Source: Squalus acanthias | Taxonomy: Eukaryota | Length of the DNA stretch: 64,000 bases | NCBI GenBank assembly: GCA_030390025.1 | Contig: CM059432.1 | Location: 153,018,001 to 153,082,000 of the forward strand | Direction of reading: 5' to 3' | Part shown: positions 10,910 to 23,010 of the stretch, piece after piece | Layout of the letters: each line of letters opens with the position of its first letter | Position numbering within the stretch: position 1 is the stretch's first letter | The notes under the pieces: model-generated | Told to the model about the DNA's origin: nothing | Seen by the model: the letters and a program-made list of their open reading frames with translations, nothing else | Database searches by the model: none | Translations under genes and position numbers: made by a program

Positions 10910-12374
10910 CGTAGAGTCCACGGCCTTCGTTTGTAGAAACTTTAGGGAAGCTCTTCCTTTGTTGCAGGAATTGCAGTGTGTGGCAGATTCACTGGAAGCT
11001 GTGACAGTCTCCCACCTCACAAGTAGCCCAGAGCAAGTTGGTACCTCCTGTTCCATGGAATCACAGACTGCTGCTGTGGTGGGAGTAGGGGACCCACCAG
11101 CTTTCAGACACTGGAGCCAGGATGTCGGTAGCTGTCTTTCAAGGCTTTCAGGATCTGGTAGTAGCTATCCTGTTGATCAGTGGGCAAACATGATTCAGGG
11201 TCCAGGGCGATGTCAAGGGCTTGGATGGATCTGCATGAGGCTGCCATTTTTCAGAACATCAGCACATACCAGGCCTTCGCCCTGAGGGCACCATGCCCGT
11301 TGTACATAGGAGATGAAACCAGGCTGCCCAGGCACAAGTTCCAGGGATGCAGCCAATAGCAGCAGCCTTCCAGGACCAAGCTGCCATGAGAGAAGGGCCT
11401 CCTTCGTCCCATGAGTCCTTTGTACTACAAAAGTAGCCAACCTGTGGTGAGACTGGGCCTCAGGTTGGACCGAGGAGGAACATCAGAATAGGAGAAAGAA
11501 AGGCACGTATAGACACCCAAGGGAAGTAGGATGGCTTATGTTTTTGAAATGGTTGTAATGAGAGAAGATACATTTATTTTGTGCTCAGTTACTGATAGAG
11601 ATGAGAAAGACTTGCATGGTCGAGTATGGTCAAAGAGATCATATGTGCTATTTGGTTCTAGGATGCGTGCTGGATTGAAGGATCTGTGTTTTATGTGACG
11701 GTGGGGGAAATGGAGTAAAGGGAGTGGTGACAAAGGGAGACAGATGAGAACACTTCATTGATAAGTTGAGTTCTGATGCCCCTTGCAGCTGTCTCTGATG
11801 GTCTTTATGATGCTCCACTCCATGATCTTCCAACTCAGCTGGGACCACCTCCCAGAAATCTTCATGTCCAAACCTTTTTGGATGGCAAAGTTGTGTGGGG
11901 CACAGAAAGCTATCAATATGTGGGAGCATATTGCAGAGCCCGTCCTGTAAAATCAGGCAGGGTGAAAAACGGACAGCTGATTTCATCCTGTCAGTTTTCA
12001 GACAGGTGGGTTAGTTTAAAATTTCCCCCGAAGGGTTCGTCTTGTCACCCACAAGCCATCCAGTTACTTCAGATTCTCCTTGGAAGAGATCAAGGAGGGT
12101 AGAATGTTTGACGACAAATGCATCATTGCAACTTTCAGCAAATTGGGCATTGATTTGAAGAATTCTGTGCATCTGGTCACGTGTCCTCAATATATTTGGT
12201 GAATGGAAGCCCTTTCCATTCAGAAAGTTTAGGTTGCTCCGGGAGGTAGACCACCAATTAGTTAGCAGGTTCTTCTGCCAAAATGCTGTTTAATGCTTAC
12301 TCAATTAAAATAATACCTAATAGTACTAGTTATAGTAATTGAGATATTGTAACAATTAATATAAGTTCAAGAAG

Positions 12375-13250
12375 TGGAGTCATACCTAGCACAAAGGAAG
12401 ATGGTTGTGGTTGTTGGAGGCCAATCATCTCAGCCCCAGGACATCGCTGCAGGAGTTCCTCAGGGCAGTGTCCTAGGCCCAACCATCTTCAGCTGCTTCA
12501 TCAATGACCTTCCCTCCAACATAAGGTCAGAATTCACAACTCCTCAGATAATGAAGCAGTTTGTGCCCGCATGTGGCAAGACCTGGACAACATCCAGGCT
12601 TGGGTTGATAAGTGGCAGGTAACATTCGCGCCACACAAGTGCCAGGCAATGACTATCTTCAACAAGAGAGTCTAACCACAGGCCCTTGACATTCAACAGG
12701 ATTACCATCGCCAAATCCCCCACCATCAACATCCTGGGGGTCACCATTGACCAGAAACTTAATTGGACCAGCCACATAAATACTGTGGCTACAAAAGTAG
12801 GTCAGAGGCTAGATATTCTGTGTTGAGTGTCTCACCTCCTGACTCCCCAAAGCCTTTCCACCATCTACAAGGCACAAGTCCAGAGTGTGATGGAATACTC
12901 TCCACTTGCCTGGATGAGTGCAGCTCCAGCAACACTCAAGAAGCTCAACACCATCCAGGACAAAGCAACCCACTTGATTGGCACCCCATCCACCACCTTA
13001 AACATTCACTCCCTCCACCACCAGAGCACCGTGGCTGCAGTGTGTACCATCTACAAGATGCACTGCAGCAACTCGCCAAGGCTTCTTCGACAGCACCTCC
13101 CAAACCCGCGACCTCTACCACCTAGAAGGACAAGGGTAGCAGCCGCATGGGAACATGGAAATATATTGCCGTTACTTCATCGTCGCTGGCTCAAAATCCT
13201 GGCACTCCTTCCCTGCAGCACTGTGGGAGTACCCTCACCTCATGGACTTA
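12375..13250 (+). mobile_element. CR1-group (Zenon-like) LINE RT fragment, same family as 23011-26258
   Basis: GVPQGSVLGPTIFSCFINDLP and LTPQSLSTIYKAQVQSVMEYSPLAW. Confidence 0.85.
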
Positions 13251-13940
13251 CATCCATTTTAGGCCAAAGGTAAGTTCAGTTGCATCTATTTTAGATCACA
13301 GGCCAGTGTAATGCAAAATGACTTCCAGATTAGGTGAGTGTATTCAAGAGTTCACATCTAGCTATAACAGTGATTTCCACAAAGGGGAAAGGAAGGCCAT
13401 CCGAAGCTAGAGCTCCTTGGATGACAAAAGATACAGGCCTAGAAATTTGGGGGTTTAGTGCTGGCCATTACCGCCCGATTCGGGAAAAAAATGGCGGCTA
13501 CAGCATTTCCACCCGCTGCCGGCAGATTCCGCGGCGGCTGCCATTTTCAGCTGGGCAGCAGTGCTGCCGATGTCCATGCTCGTGAAAATTATGGAGATTA
13601 TGCAGATCGTGACGTCAGTGAGTGTGCAACGCTCACTTGACACCCGATCTGCGATTTTCAACTTCGCCGCTCCACTTACTGGCATGCCTTAACTGCGACT
13701 AGCTGAGCAAGCGTTGACAAGCAGGAAGGAAACTCCAGCAGCGTTATTTAAAGGGATCATCATCAACAACTTGCAACTAACATGGTTTCTGCCGTTTGAC
13801 TGGCTCTGTGGAGCTTTTTGCAACTCCAGCAGCTTTATTAACTTCTTTCAAGGTCCTACGGTAACAGGGAGTGTTGTTACAAGTGGAGAACGTCTTCATT
13901 ATTATTTAAAGGCTTCTGCTCACAACACTTGCTCACAGTC

Positions 13941-15084
13941 ATGAGGGCTCTACTTGCAGTCCCCCTCGCACTCAAGTATCTTAGGAAGAGGGAGCGGAGG
14001 CAGTGAGGAAGATGCGCGCAGAGGGAGGAGGAGGAGGGCCAGGAGGTCTCTCAACAGGAGGCCTTACCCACCTAGGGTCTTCCGCGAGCACTTCTCTTGT
14101 ATCCACTTAAGCGAGGGGCAGTGTATTAGGAGGCTCCGCTTCAGCAAGGAGGTGGTCACAGAACTCAGTCACCTCCTGTAACTAGACCTGCAGGCTGAGA
14201 GCAGGGCGAACACGGCTCTCCCAGTGGCCCTCAATTTCTTCACCAGCGGATCCTTCCAGTCTGCAGCAGGAGACATCGTTAACATCTCCCACTTCGCCGT
14301 CCATCGCTGCATCCAGGAGGTCACTGAGGCTCTCTACACCAGGAGAAGGGATTATGTTTCCTTCTCTGAGTAGAGAGAAGCCAGACGAGCGTGCATGTGG
14401 CTTTGCCATGATAGCGGGTTTCCCCATGGTGCAGGGTGCCATCGACTGCATCCACATGGCTTTGCGGGCGCTGTATAACAATCCTGAGATCTTCCGTAAC
14501 CACAAAGGCTACCACTCACTTAAAATGCAGTTGGTGTGCGACCATGCCCAGCGATTCCTGATGGTCAATGCCTACTATCCTGGCAGCAGTCATGGTGCCT
14601 TCATCCTGTGTCAGTCCGGTGTGCCAGCAATCTTCCAGCCACCATGTCAAACCTGAGCATGGCTGCTCGGAGACAAGGGATATCCGCTCTGCACCTGGTG
14701 ATGACTCCCCTCCGCAACCCCACCACTCGTGCCCAGCACCCATATAATGAGAGCCCTGCTGCCACCAGGAACATCATCGAGTAGACCATTGGCATGCTCA
14801 AGCAACGGTTCTGCTGCCTTGACCACTCAGGAGGAGCCCTCCAGCATTCACCGGCATGGGTGTCCTTTTTCATGGTGGTCTGCTGCATGCTCCACAACCT
14901 GGCCATCATGAGGGCGCAGCCCATGCCAGCAGGGATTGTGGGACCACCTCAGGAAGAGGAAGAAGGAGAGGAGGAGGAAGAGTAGGAGAATGAGGAGGAT
15001 GAGAAGGAAGGGAGGAGGCAGGCAGCAAATCCCCTTTCATCACGGGCTGTCTGTGAACGCCTCATCAGACTCCGATTCCAGTGA
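13941..15084 (+). pseudogene. HARBI1-like DDE transposase with frameshifts and stops
   Basis: RRPYPPRVFR...CIRRLRF, GFPMVQGAIDCIH, NHKGYHSLKMQLVCDH, YPGSSH, GDKG, MTPLRNP, YNE..AATRNIIE, LKQRFCCLD, CCMLHNLA and an acidic tail. Confidence 0.92.
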
Positions 15085-15233
15085 ATGAAATCCCAGATCC
15101 CCGTTGCTCACCACATCCCCATCAACCACAGCCCCATCATACCATCCCTCGGTCACGGAATATCACTGCGTCCTCCTGGGCTCAAAGCTGAAATGAGAGA
15201 CACCACAAAACTAAGATTCCAGATAAAATTAAT

Positions 15234-15947
15234 GGCCCGGATTTTCCGGGGCCTATGATCGCGTACGCGGTACCTTCGCAACCGTAAGTGCTCCGCAAGT
15301 TCCGGGTTTCCTCGTGCGCTGCACATACGCAAAAACCCGGACTTGCGATCTGTCAAGTTTCAGCATTCCCGGGAAATGGACATTCGCTGGCGGACAGTTG
15401 GGGCTATTTGCCCAACTACTGCCCGGCGAATGCCCATGAAACTCTTACGCCTGGTAAAAGCGGGCATAGGGCCTTCTTTTAGTGGCGTAAGAGTTTAAAT
15501 AAATAATAAAATAATTTAAAAAAATTATTTAAACATAAAAAAACTTTAACATTAGCTACAGGTTATTTTTAGCCCCTTTAAAACGTTTAAATTTATTTTT
15601 CAAAAAATAAAATTTTTGTTTTAAATATTTAATTTAATTGTATTTTAATTAATTTTGTACTTGTAATGATTTATTTTTATTTGACTGGTGTGTAATTGTG
15701 TTTTTTAGGGGATTCCTATTCATACTCTTGGGGATTCCGTACGTAAATGGAATCCCCTTAAGCATAATGGGAATCCCCTTTTTGATTGGTTGGCCTGGCC
15801 TACGTGATCCCAGGGACACTTGCGAACTGCATGTGTACACGTCGAGGCCCAGGAGCGTGAGACTACCAATCCCCAGGATCATCAAGCAGGGCGTATTTTT
15901 CTTGCGAGTTTTGCCCGCGGGAAGCCTCTGACCACAAATTAAGGCCC
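15234..15947. mobile_element. Harbinger-type MITE nested inside the Harbinger
   Basis: Ends ggcccggatttt / aaattaaggccc, TSD aat/aat. GC-rich arms with an AT-rich core. Related to 35368-36132. Confidence 0.8.
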
Positions 15948-15987
15948 AATATATTTATCAATAATCAATTCACACATACTATATCAA

Positions 15988-18252
15988 CTAATCATCCTTG
16001 TGCAATCCCTCAGGGTCTGTCTCTTGGGTACCCTTTCCTGATCTAGTGCTCCTACGCAGTGCTCCCCCAGTGGCTGCAGCATGGCTGGTGGAAGGCTGCG
16101 GAGTTTCTGTTGGGGAGACTTCCGATGGTCTTGCAGGACGACCTCGAGCAGCTCTGGACCGAGAAGGTCCGGCTGTAGACTGCACCACCTCGGCATGGGC
16201 GGCAGCAGTTTGGGCTGGCTGGCTGACAGACAGCGACAAGAGCAATGACGGAGTGGCAGTGGTGGGAACAGGAATCCCGAGAGAGGACAGCAAGGTCCTA
16301 TTCCACAGACTCACTGCCACTCCCCAGGGACAGTGCCTCAACATTGCTATCAATCTGTTGGAGGACAGATTACTGGCCTGCTGCGACACCGTATAAGCCC
16401 CGTTCGACAGCAGTAAACCCAGCCACGATGGCAGCAGTCTGAGCTTGGGTGGCAGCTAGCTGAGACTGCAGGACAGTGGTCTGCGTTTCCGCTGGAGCAC
16501 TAAAACGTTGGGTCGTTTCCGCCTGTGCTGCAATGGAAGCCACGACATCGCCCATCACACGCAGCATCATGTCTGGGTCGACACGGTCTCTCCTGGAGTT
16601 TTCCATCATTTCCAGCCTGGAAATCATGCTCATAGAATCATAGAAAGTTACAGCACAGAATGAGGCCATTTAGGCCCATTGTGTCCGCGCCGGCCAACAA
16701 AGAGCTATCCAGCCTAATCCCACTTCCCAGCTCTTGGTCCGTAGCCCTGCAGGTTAGAGCATCCCAAGTGCACATCCAAGTACTTTTTAAATGTGGTTAG
16801 GATTTCTGCCTCTACCACCCTTTCAGGCAGTGAGTTCCAGACCCCCACAACCCTCTGGGTGAGGAAATTTCCCCTCAAATCCCCTCTAAACCTTCCACCA
16901 ATTACTTTAAATCTGTGCCCCCTGGTTTTTGATCCCTCTGCTAAGGGAAATAGACCATAAGTTCTGCGCAAAGACCCGGCCAATGTTGGAGCTGGACTCT
17001 TCCATGCTCCTTGACATTGCCAAGAGGCTCTCTGGCAGGCCTACCATTGCACCTAGCAATTTGGTGTGACTGCCCATCACCCTTCTTCTGAAGGCTGTCC
17101 CACCGAGGTCCTCACCTGAGTCATGTGTAGTCGAACTCGCGCACGAACTTGCCCTCTGGGGAGCTGACTCCGAGCTACCCTGTCCCCCTGGCCTTGCTGC
17201 AGCCCACTCATGCCCGGTGCCTCACCCTGTGCAGATTTCCCTTCTACACTAGCCTCTAAAGTACACGCAGTGCCAGTTTCTGGGCTGGTGTCTGCGAGTG
17301 ACAGATTCAGTGACACTGTGTCTTATTCTTCTCCCCCCTCGCTCTCCTGCATCGCCTCAGGGACAGGCTGTGCTGCTGCTTGCTCTTGGTTATCTGAAAG
17401 CAGAAAGGCACAGGAGTCGGATTGTGGTGAGGAGAGCGGGGGCGAAATCAAGATATGCATGCAGACACCATCAGCAGCTTGTAAGTGAGAAGAGATTGTG
17501 GGATGAGGGGGATGTGGGATGTGAGAAGAAGGATTTGAATGAGTTTCCGTTGTTGTCCCCAAGGGCTTCAACTTGGCCACAGCCTCGTGATTTCCCCTCC
17601 AATGATGTCGAGCTCTCTCTACTCCAGTTGGCTCAAGACCTATATCGCAGCTTGCTCCCCGCCTGTTTGACGCTGCTCCGGGCGATTGTGCGTGACCTTG
17701 GCCTGCAAGAGAAAGGGAAGTGTGTCAGTAAGTGTAGTTCAATATGTTTGGGTGATGTGCCTGCCGTGGTTGAACAGCTGTCAGTGTGTGAAAGGTGTGA
17801 GATGAGGGTGTAAATCTTGCAGCAGTGGTAAGTGTGTGAGGGTGAAGTGAAGGAATGATTTTGAGGTCTGAGTGGTGATTGCTAGAGATTGTTGGTAGGT
17901 GAGTGCTGGGGGTGTGGTGCATTGAGCAGTGTGTGAGACTTGTGGTGCAGATAGTGGGATATGGCATTTTCTGAAGCCTTCACGCACCTTGACCCGCCGT
18001 GTCAAGTCATTAAACTTCTTGCGGCATTGGACGGAAGACCTTGGGACCACGCTGTTGGTCGTCACATAATCAGATATCTCATGCCACAGCCTTCTGCATG
18101 TATCGGCCAATGGCTTCCTGCCGGCTTGCAGGAAGAGGACAGCCCGCCTCCTTGCAGGAAGAGGACAGCCCGCCTCCTCTCCACGGCCACCAGCAGTGAC
18201 TCCAGAGCCGCACCTGAGAAGCGTCTTTCTCCCTCTGCTGCTGCTCAGCCAT
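15988..18252 (-). pseudogene. Harbinger Myb/SANT-like accessory gene, spliced (exon 1 18252-17988, exon 2 from 17702, exon 3 from 17393)
   Basis: RFSGAALESLL...W.EI...V...RSSVQCRKKFNDLTRRVK|gtgcgt…ttgcag|AKVTHNRPEQRQTGG, then acidic and low-complexity segments. Interrupted by a CR1. Confidence 0.85.
16627..16955 (-). mobile_element. Short young CR1 3' end
   Basis: FPLAEGSKTRGHRFKV...QRVVGVWNSLPERVVEAE with a (ttctatga)n tail. Confidence 0.9.
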
Positions 18253-18574
18253 CTCTTCCTAGTTAGTTGTGCTTCCAAGTGGTGTTCCAAGTGCAATGAC
18301 AATGAGGTGCTGCTGCATCAATGCACCTCCCCTTTAAGTAATGGATAAAGCCTAAGCCTAACATGACTTGGAATTAGACTGCACCTGATATTGGCCCACC
18401 TGTTGAGCAGTAAACCAATGAGCAGTGGCTTTAGCGCTGAGATCAGCACTATAATCATGTAAATGAGCACTGAGCACGAATTTTACGTGCTACCTCGACC
18501 AGTTTGACCCGTGCAGCTAAATAGCGCGGGGCCATGACACGGCCCGTTTTCGGACCATATCCAATTTCTAGGCC

Positions 18575-21468
18575 ATAAAGATGAAAATGAGACCGAAAAA
18601 GGAGGCTTATGACAAATATAAGGTACATAATACAGCAGAGAACCAAGGCAAATATAGAAAGTTCAGAGGAGATCTAAAAAAAGGGAATAAAGGGGCAGAG
18701 AGAGAGTATAAGAATAGATTAGCAGCTAACATAAAAGAGAACCCAAAAGTCTTTTCTAAACATATAAATAGGAAAAGGGTATTCAAGGAAGGTTGGGGCC
18801 GATTAGGGACCAAAAAGGAGAACTTCTTGTGGAGGCAGAGGGTATGGCTGAGGTACTAAATGAAGACTTTGCATCTGTCTTCACTAGAGAAGAGGATGCT
18901 GCCAATGTAACAGTAAAGGAGACGGCAGTAGCGATATTGGATTCAATAAAAATAGATAAAGAGGAGGTAATTAAAAGGTTGGCAGTCCTCAAAGTAGAAA
19001 ACTCACTCGTTCTGGAGGGGATGCATCCTCAGTTACTGAGGGCAGTAAGGGTTGAAATTGTGGAGCCTCTGGCCATAAACCTCCTGAGATATGGGAGTGG
19101 TGCCAGAGGACTGGAGGATTGCAAATGTTACACCCCTGTTGAAAAAAGGAGACAGGGATAAACCTGGCAACTACAGGCCAATCAGCTTAACGTTGGTGGT
19201 GGAGTAACCTTTAGACACAATAATCTGGGATAAAATGAATTAGCATTTGGAAAAGTATGGACGCATAAATGAAAGTCAGCACAGATATGTTAAAGGCAAA
19301 TCGTGATAGACTAACTTGATTGCGTTCTTTGATGAAGTAATGGAGAGGGTTGATGAGGGTAGTTCAGATGATGTTGTGTATAAGAACTTTCAAAAGGCTA
19401 TTGACAAAGTACCAATAATAGACTTGTTAGCAAAATTGAAGCCCCTGGAATTAAAGGGACAGTGGCAGTGTGGATACGAAATTGGCTAAGGGACAGAAAG
19501 CAGAGAGTAGTGGTGACCAGCTGTTTTTCAGACTGGAGGGGAGTGTACAGTATTGTCGACAACATTCAGCTGTCGTGCTGACAACGTGTGCTCCAGAACT
19601 AGCCGCGCCTCTAGCCAAGCTGTGCCAGTACAGCTACAACACTGGCATCTACCCCACAAAGTGTAAAATTACCCAGGTATGTCCTGTTCACAAAAAGCAG
19701 GACAAATCCAACCCAATGATAGGGCCAATTACCGCCCCATCAGTCTACTCTCATTCATCAGCAAAGTGATGGAAGGTGTCATCGATAGTGCTATCAAGCA
19801 GCATTAATTCACCAATAACCTGCTCACCGATGCCCAGTTTGGGTTCTGCCAGGACCACTCGGCTCCAGACCTCAATACAGCCTTGGTCCAAACATGGACA
19901 AAGGAGCTGAATTCCAGAGGTGAGGTGAGAGTGACTACCCTTGACATCAAGGCAGCATTTGACCGAGTGTGGCATCAAGGAGCCCTAGTAAAACTGAAGT
20001 CAATGGGGGAAAACTCTCCACTGGCTGGAGTCATACCTAGTACAAAGGAAGATGGTTGTGGTTGTTGGGGGCCAATCATCTCAGCCCCAGGACATCGCTG
20101 CAGGAGTACCTCAGGGCAGTGTCCTAGGCCCAACCATCTTTAGCTGCTTCATCAATGACCTTCCCTCCACCATAAGGTCAGAAGTGGGGATGTTCACTGA
20201 TGATTGCACAGTGTTCAGTTCCATTTGCAACTCCTCAGATAATGAAGCAGTGCATGCCCGCAAGCAGCAAGACCTGAACAACATTCAAACTTGGGCTGAT
20301 AAGTGGCAAGTAACATTCCCGCCACACAAGTGCCAGGCAATGACTATCTCCAACAAGAGAGAGTCTAACCATCTCACCTTGACATTCAATGGTATTACCA
20401 TCATCAAATCCCCCACTATCAACATCCTGGGGGTCACCATTGACCAGAAACATAACTAGATCAGCCACATAAATACTGTGGCTACAAGAGCAGGTCAGAG
20501 GCTGGGTATGCTGTGGTGGGTGACTCACCTCCTGACTCCCCAAAGGTTTTCCACCATCTACAAGGCACAAGTCAGGAGTGTGATGGAATACTCTCCACTT
20601 GCCTGGATGAGTGCAGCTCCAACAACACTCAAGAAGCTCGACACCATCCAGGACAAAGCAGCCCGCTTGATTGGCACCTCATCCACCACCTTAAACATTC
20701 ACTCCCTCCACCACCAGCGTACCATGGCTGCAGTGTGTACCATCTACAAGATGCACTGCAGCAACTCGCCAAGGCTTCTTTGACAACACCTTCCGACCCC
20801 ATGACCTCTACCACCTAGAAGGACAAGGGCAGCAGGCACATGGTAACACCACCACCTGCAAGTTCCCCTCCAGGTCACACACCATCATGACTTGGAAATA
20901 TATCGGCCATTCCTTCATCCTGGAACTCCCTCCCTAACAGCACTGTGGGAGTACCTTCACCACACGGACTGCAGCAGTTCAAGAAGGCGGCTCACCACCA
21001 CCTTCTCGAGGGCAATTAGAGATGGCCAATAAATGCTGGCCTTGCCAGCGATGTCCACATCCCATGAATGAATAAAAAGAAGAGATTTACTAGATTTACT
21101 AGGGATGAGGGACTTCAGTTATCTGGCAAGACTGGAGAAACTGGGATTGTTCTCCCCAGTGGCAGAAGGGTCACTAACCATAGATTAGGACAAAGATTGA
21201 AGGCAATTGGCAAAAGAACCAGAGGCGACATGAGGAAACTTTTTTGACACAGCGAGCTGTTGTGATCTGGAATGCATTGCCTGAAAGGGCGGTGGAAGCA
21301 GATTCAATAGTAACTTTGAAAAGGAAATTGGATAAATACTTGAAGGGAAAAAATTTGCAGGGCTATGGGGAAAGAGCGGTGGAGTGGGACTAGTTGGAGA
21401 GCTCTACCAAAGAGCCGGCACAGGCACGATGGGCCTCCTTCTGTGCTGTATCCTTCTATGATTCTATG
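18575..21468 (+). mobile_element. CR1 LINE (5' piece at 13380-13435), interrupted by a Zenon-like LINE
   Basis: NIKENPKVF, AEVLNEDFASVFTRE and RT pieces to about 19550. The 3' end at 21081-21468 has a ttctatgattctatga tail. Confidence 0.85.
19555..21080 (+). mobile_element. CR1-group (Zenon-like) LINE, 5'-truncated
   Basis: TCAPELAAPLAKL, LDIKAAFDRVWHQGAL, GVPQGSVLGP and MFTDD. The 3' tail is caccaccaccttctcgagggcaattag...gaatgaataaaaa. Confidence 0.9.
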
Positions 21469-21469
21469 A

Positions 21470-22690
21470 TACTGAGCGTACTCACAGGATTACATACAGT
21501 TCAGGTCATAGCTCAATGTACTGAAGAGAATATACCCACTTCAGATCACAGGTGAACGCACACCTGAGATTTAGGTCACATGCAAGTGCGATTACGAGAT
21601 TACATCTAGTTACAATCACAGATGAGTGTACACATGGGATTCCATCCAGATTATATTGTATTTATAAGATTACATCCAGTTTAGCTTACAGGTCAGTTTA
21701 CTTACAAGATTATGTCCAGTTCAAATCACAATAGACTGCACCCATGCCATTAACCAGAAACTCAACTGGACCAGCCACATAAATGCCGTATTCTGCGGCG
21801 AGTGACACACATTCTAACTCTCCAAAGCCGCTCCACCACCTACAAGGCACAAGTCAGGAGTATGATGGAATACTCTTCACTTGCCAGGATGGTTGCAGCT
21901 GCAATAACACTCAAGAAGCTCAACACCATCCAGGACATGGCAGTCCGCTTGATTGGCAGCAAATTCACCACCTCAAACATTCACTCCCTCCACCACAAGC
22001 GTACCTTGTCTGCAGTGTGTACCATCTACAGGATACACTATAGGGCTGGAGAAGGTTACAGAGATAGAGAGCGGTGAGGCCATAGAGGGATGTGAAGACG
22101 AGAATGATAATTTTAAAATTAAGTCATTGGTGGACTGGGAGCCAATGTAGGTCATCAAGCACAGGGGTAATAGGTGAGCGGAACTGGGTACGGGTTAGGA
22201 TACAGGCAGCAGAGTTTTGGACCTTATGTTTATGGAGGGTGGAAGATGGGAGGCCGGTCAGGAGGGCATTGAATTCAGATCACAAGTGAGTACATTCATG
22301 AGATTACATTGAATTCAAATCACAGGTAAGTATACACATGAGATTAACAACATCATGCATTTATATAGTGCCTTTAATGTAGGAAAATATCCCAAGGCTT
22401 CACAGGAGTATAATTGGAAAAAATTGACTCCGTGCCAAAGAAGGAGATATTAGAATGTGTGACTAACAGCTTGGTCAAAGAGCTAGGTTTTAAGGAGGGT
22501 CTTAAAAGAGGCGTGCTAGAGTGATGGAAAGGCTTAAGGAGGGAATTCCAGAGTTTAAGGCCTAATCGGCCACACAAGTGAGTGTATTCATAAGATTACT
22601 TGAATTCCAATCACAGATGATTGTACAGATGCAACTGAATGGATTGTAAATCAGAGGTGTGTGAAATCAACGGATTACATGCAGTTTTGA
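21470..22690 (+). repeat. Degenerate ~40-bp tandem repeat interrupted by Zenon-like (21745-22040) and L2 (22040-22275, 22345-22572) fragments
   Basis: Recurring unit approximately tcacaggtgagtgtactcatgagattacatccagttcaga. Confidence 0.7.
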
Positions 22691-23010
22691 TTGTAAATTT
22701 GATGCAAAAATTGAAAAATAAAAATACTTTACTGGAACAAAAGCCAATTCCAATGTGATAAAAAGTGAACTAGCCCAGATAAACAGGAAAGAAAAATTGG
22801 CAAATTCTCTATGTAATATGTTGAATAAGGAAGCAATCAGTGACAGTATCAACAAATATTTCATACTTGGCTCCCTCTGAACTAGACTACCCGTTGCTAT
22901 ACTATTTAATTGATGTGTAATTAAAATCCCCCATGACAACTACTCTACCCTCTTCTGTTGCCTTTCTAATTTGCTCACAGAGTTGCAGCAATCAGTTGAG
23001 CAAGACAACC

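Larger units (their letters stand above)
13436..18574 (+). mobile_element. Near full-length PIF/Harbinger DNA transposon (transposase plus convergent Myb/SANT gene)
   Basis: TIRs ggcctagaaatt / aatttctaggcc, imperfect TSD aca/ata. It interrupts a CR1 that is collinear on both sides (…atgacaaaagat | aagatgaaaatg…). Confidence 0.9.

Noticed and set aside
10920..12030. Possible very old Harbinger remnants (also about 40400-41000 and 41950-43020)
   Set aside because: There are only scattered few-residue resemblances and single TIR-like ends, so boundaries cannot be defined.
13941..15084. Host HARBI1 or NAIF1 genes
   Set aside because: The copies are multiple, disrupted by stops and frameshifts, and flanked by TIRs and TSDs, so they are transposon copies.
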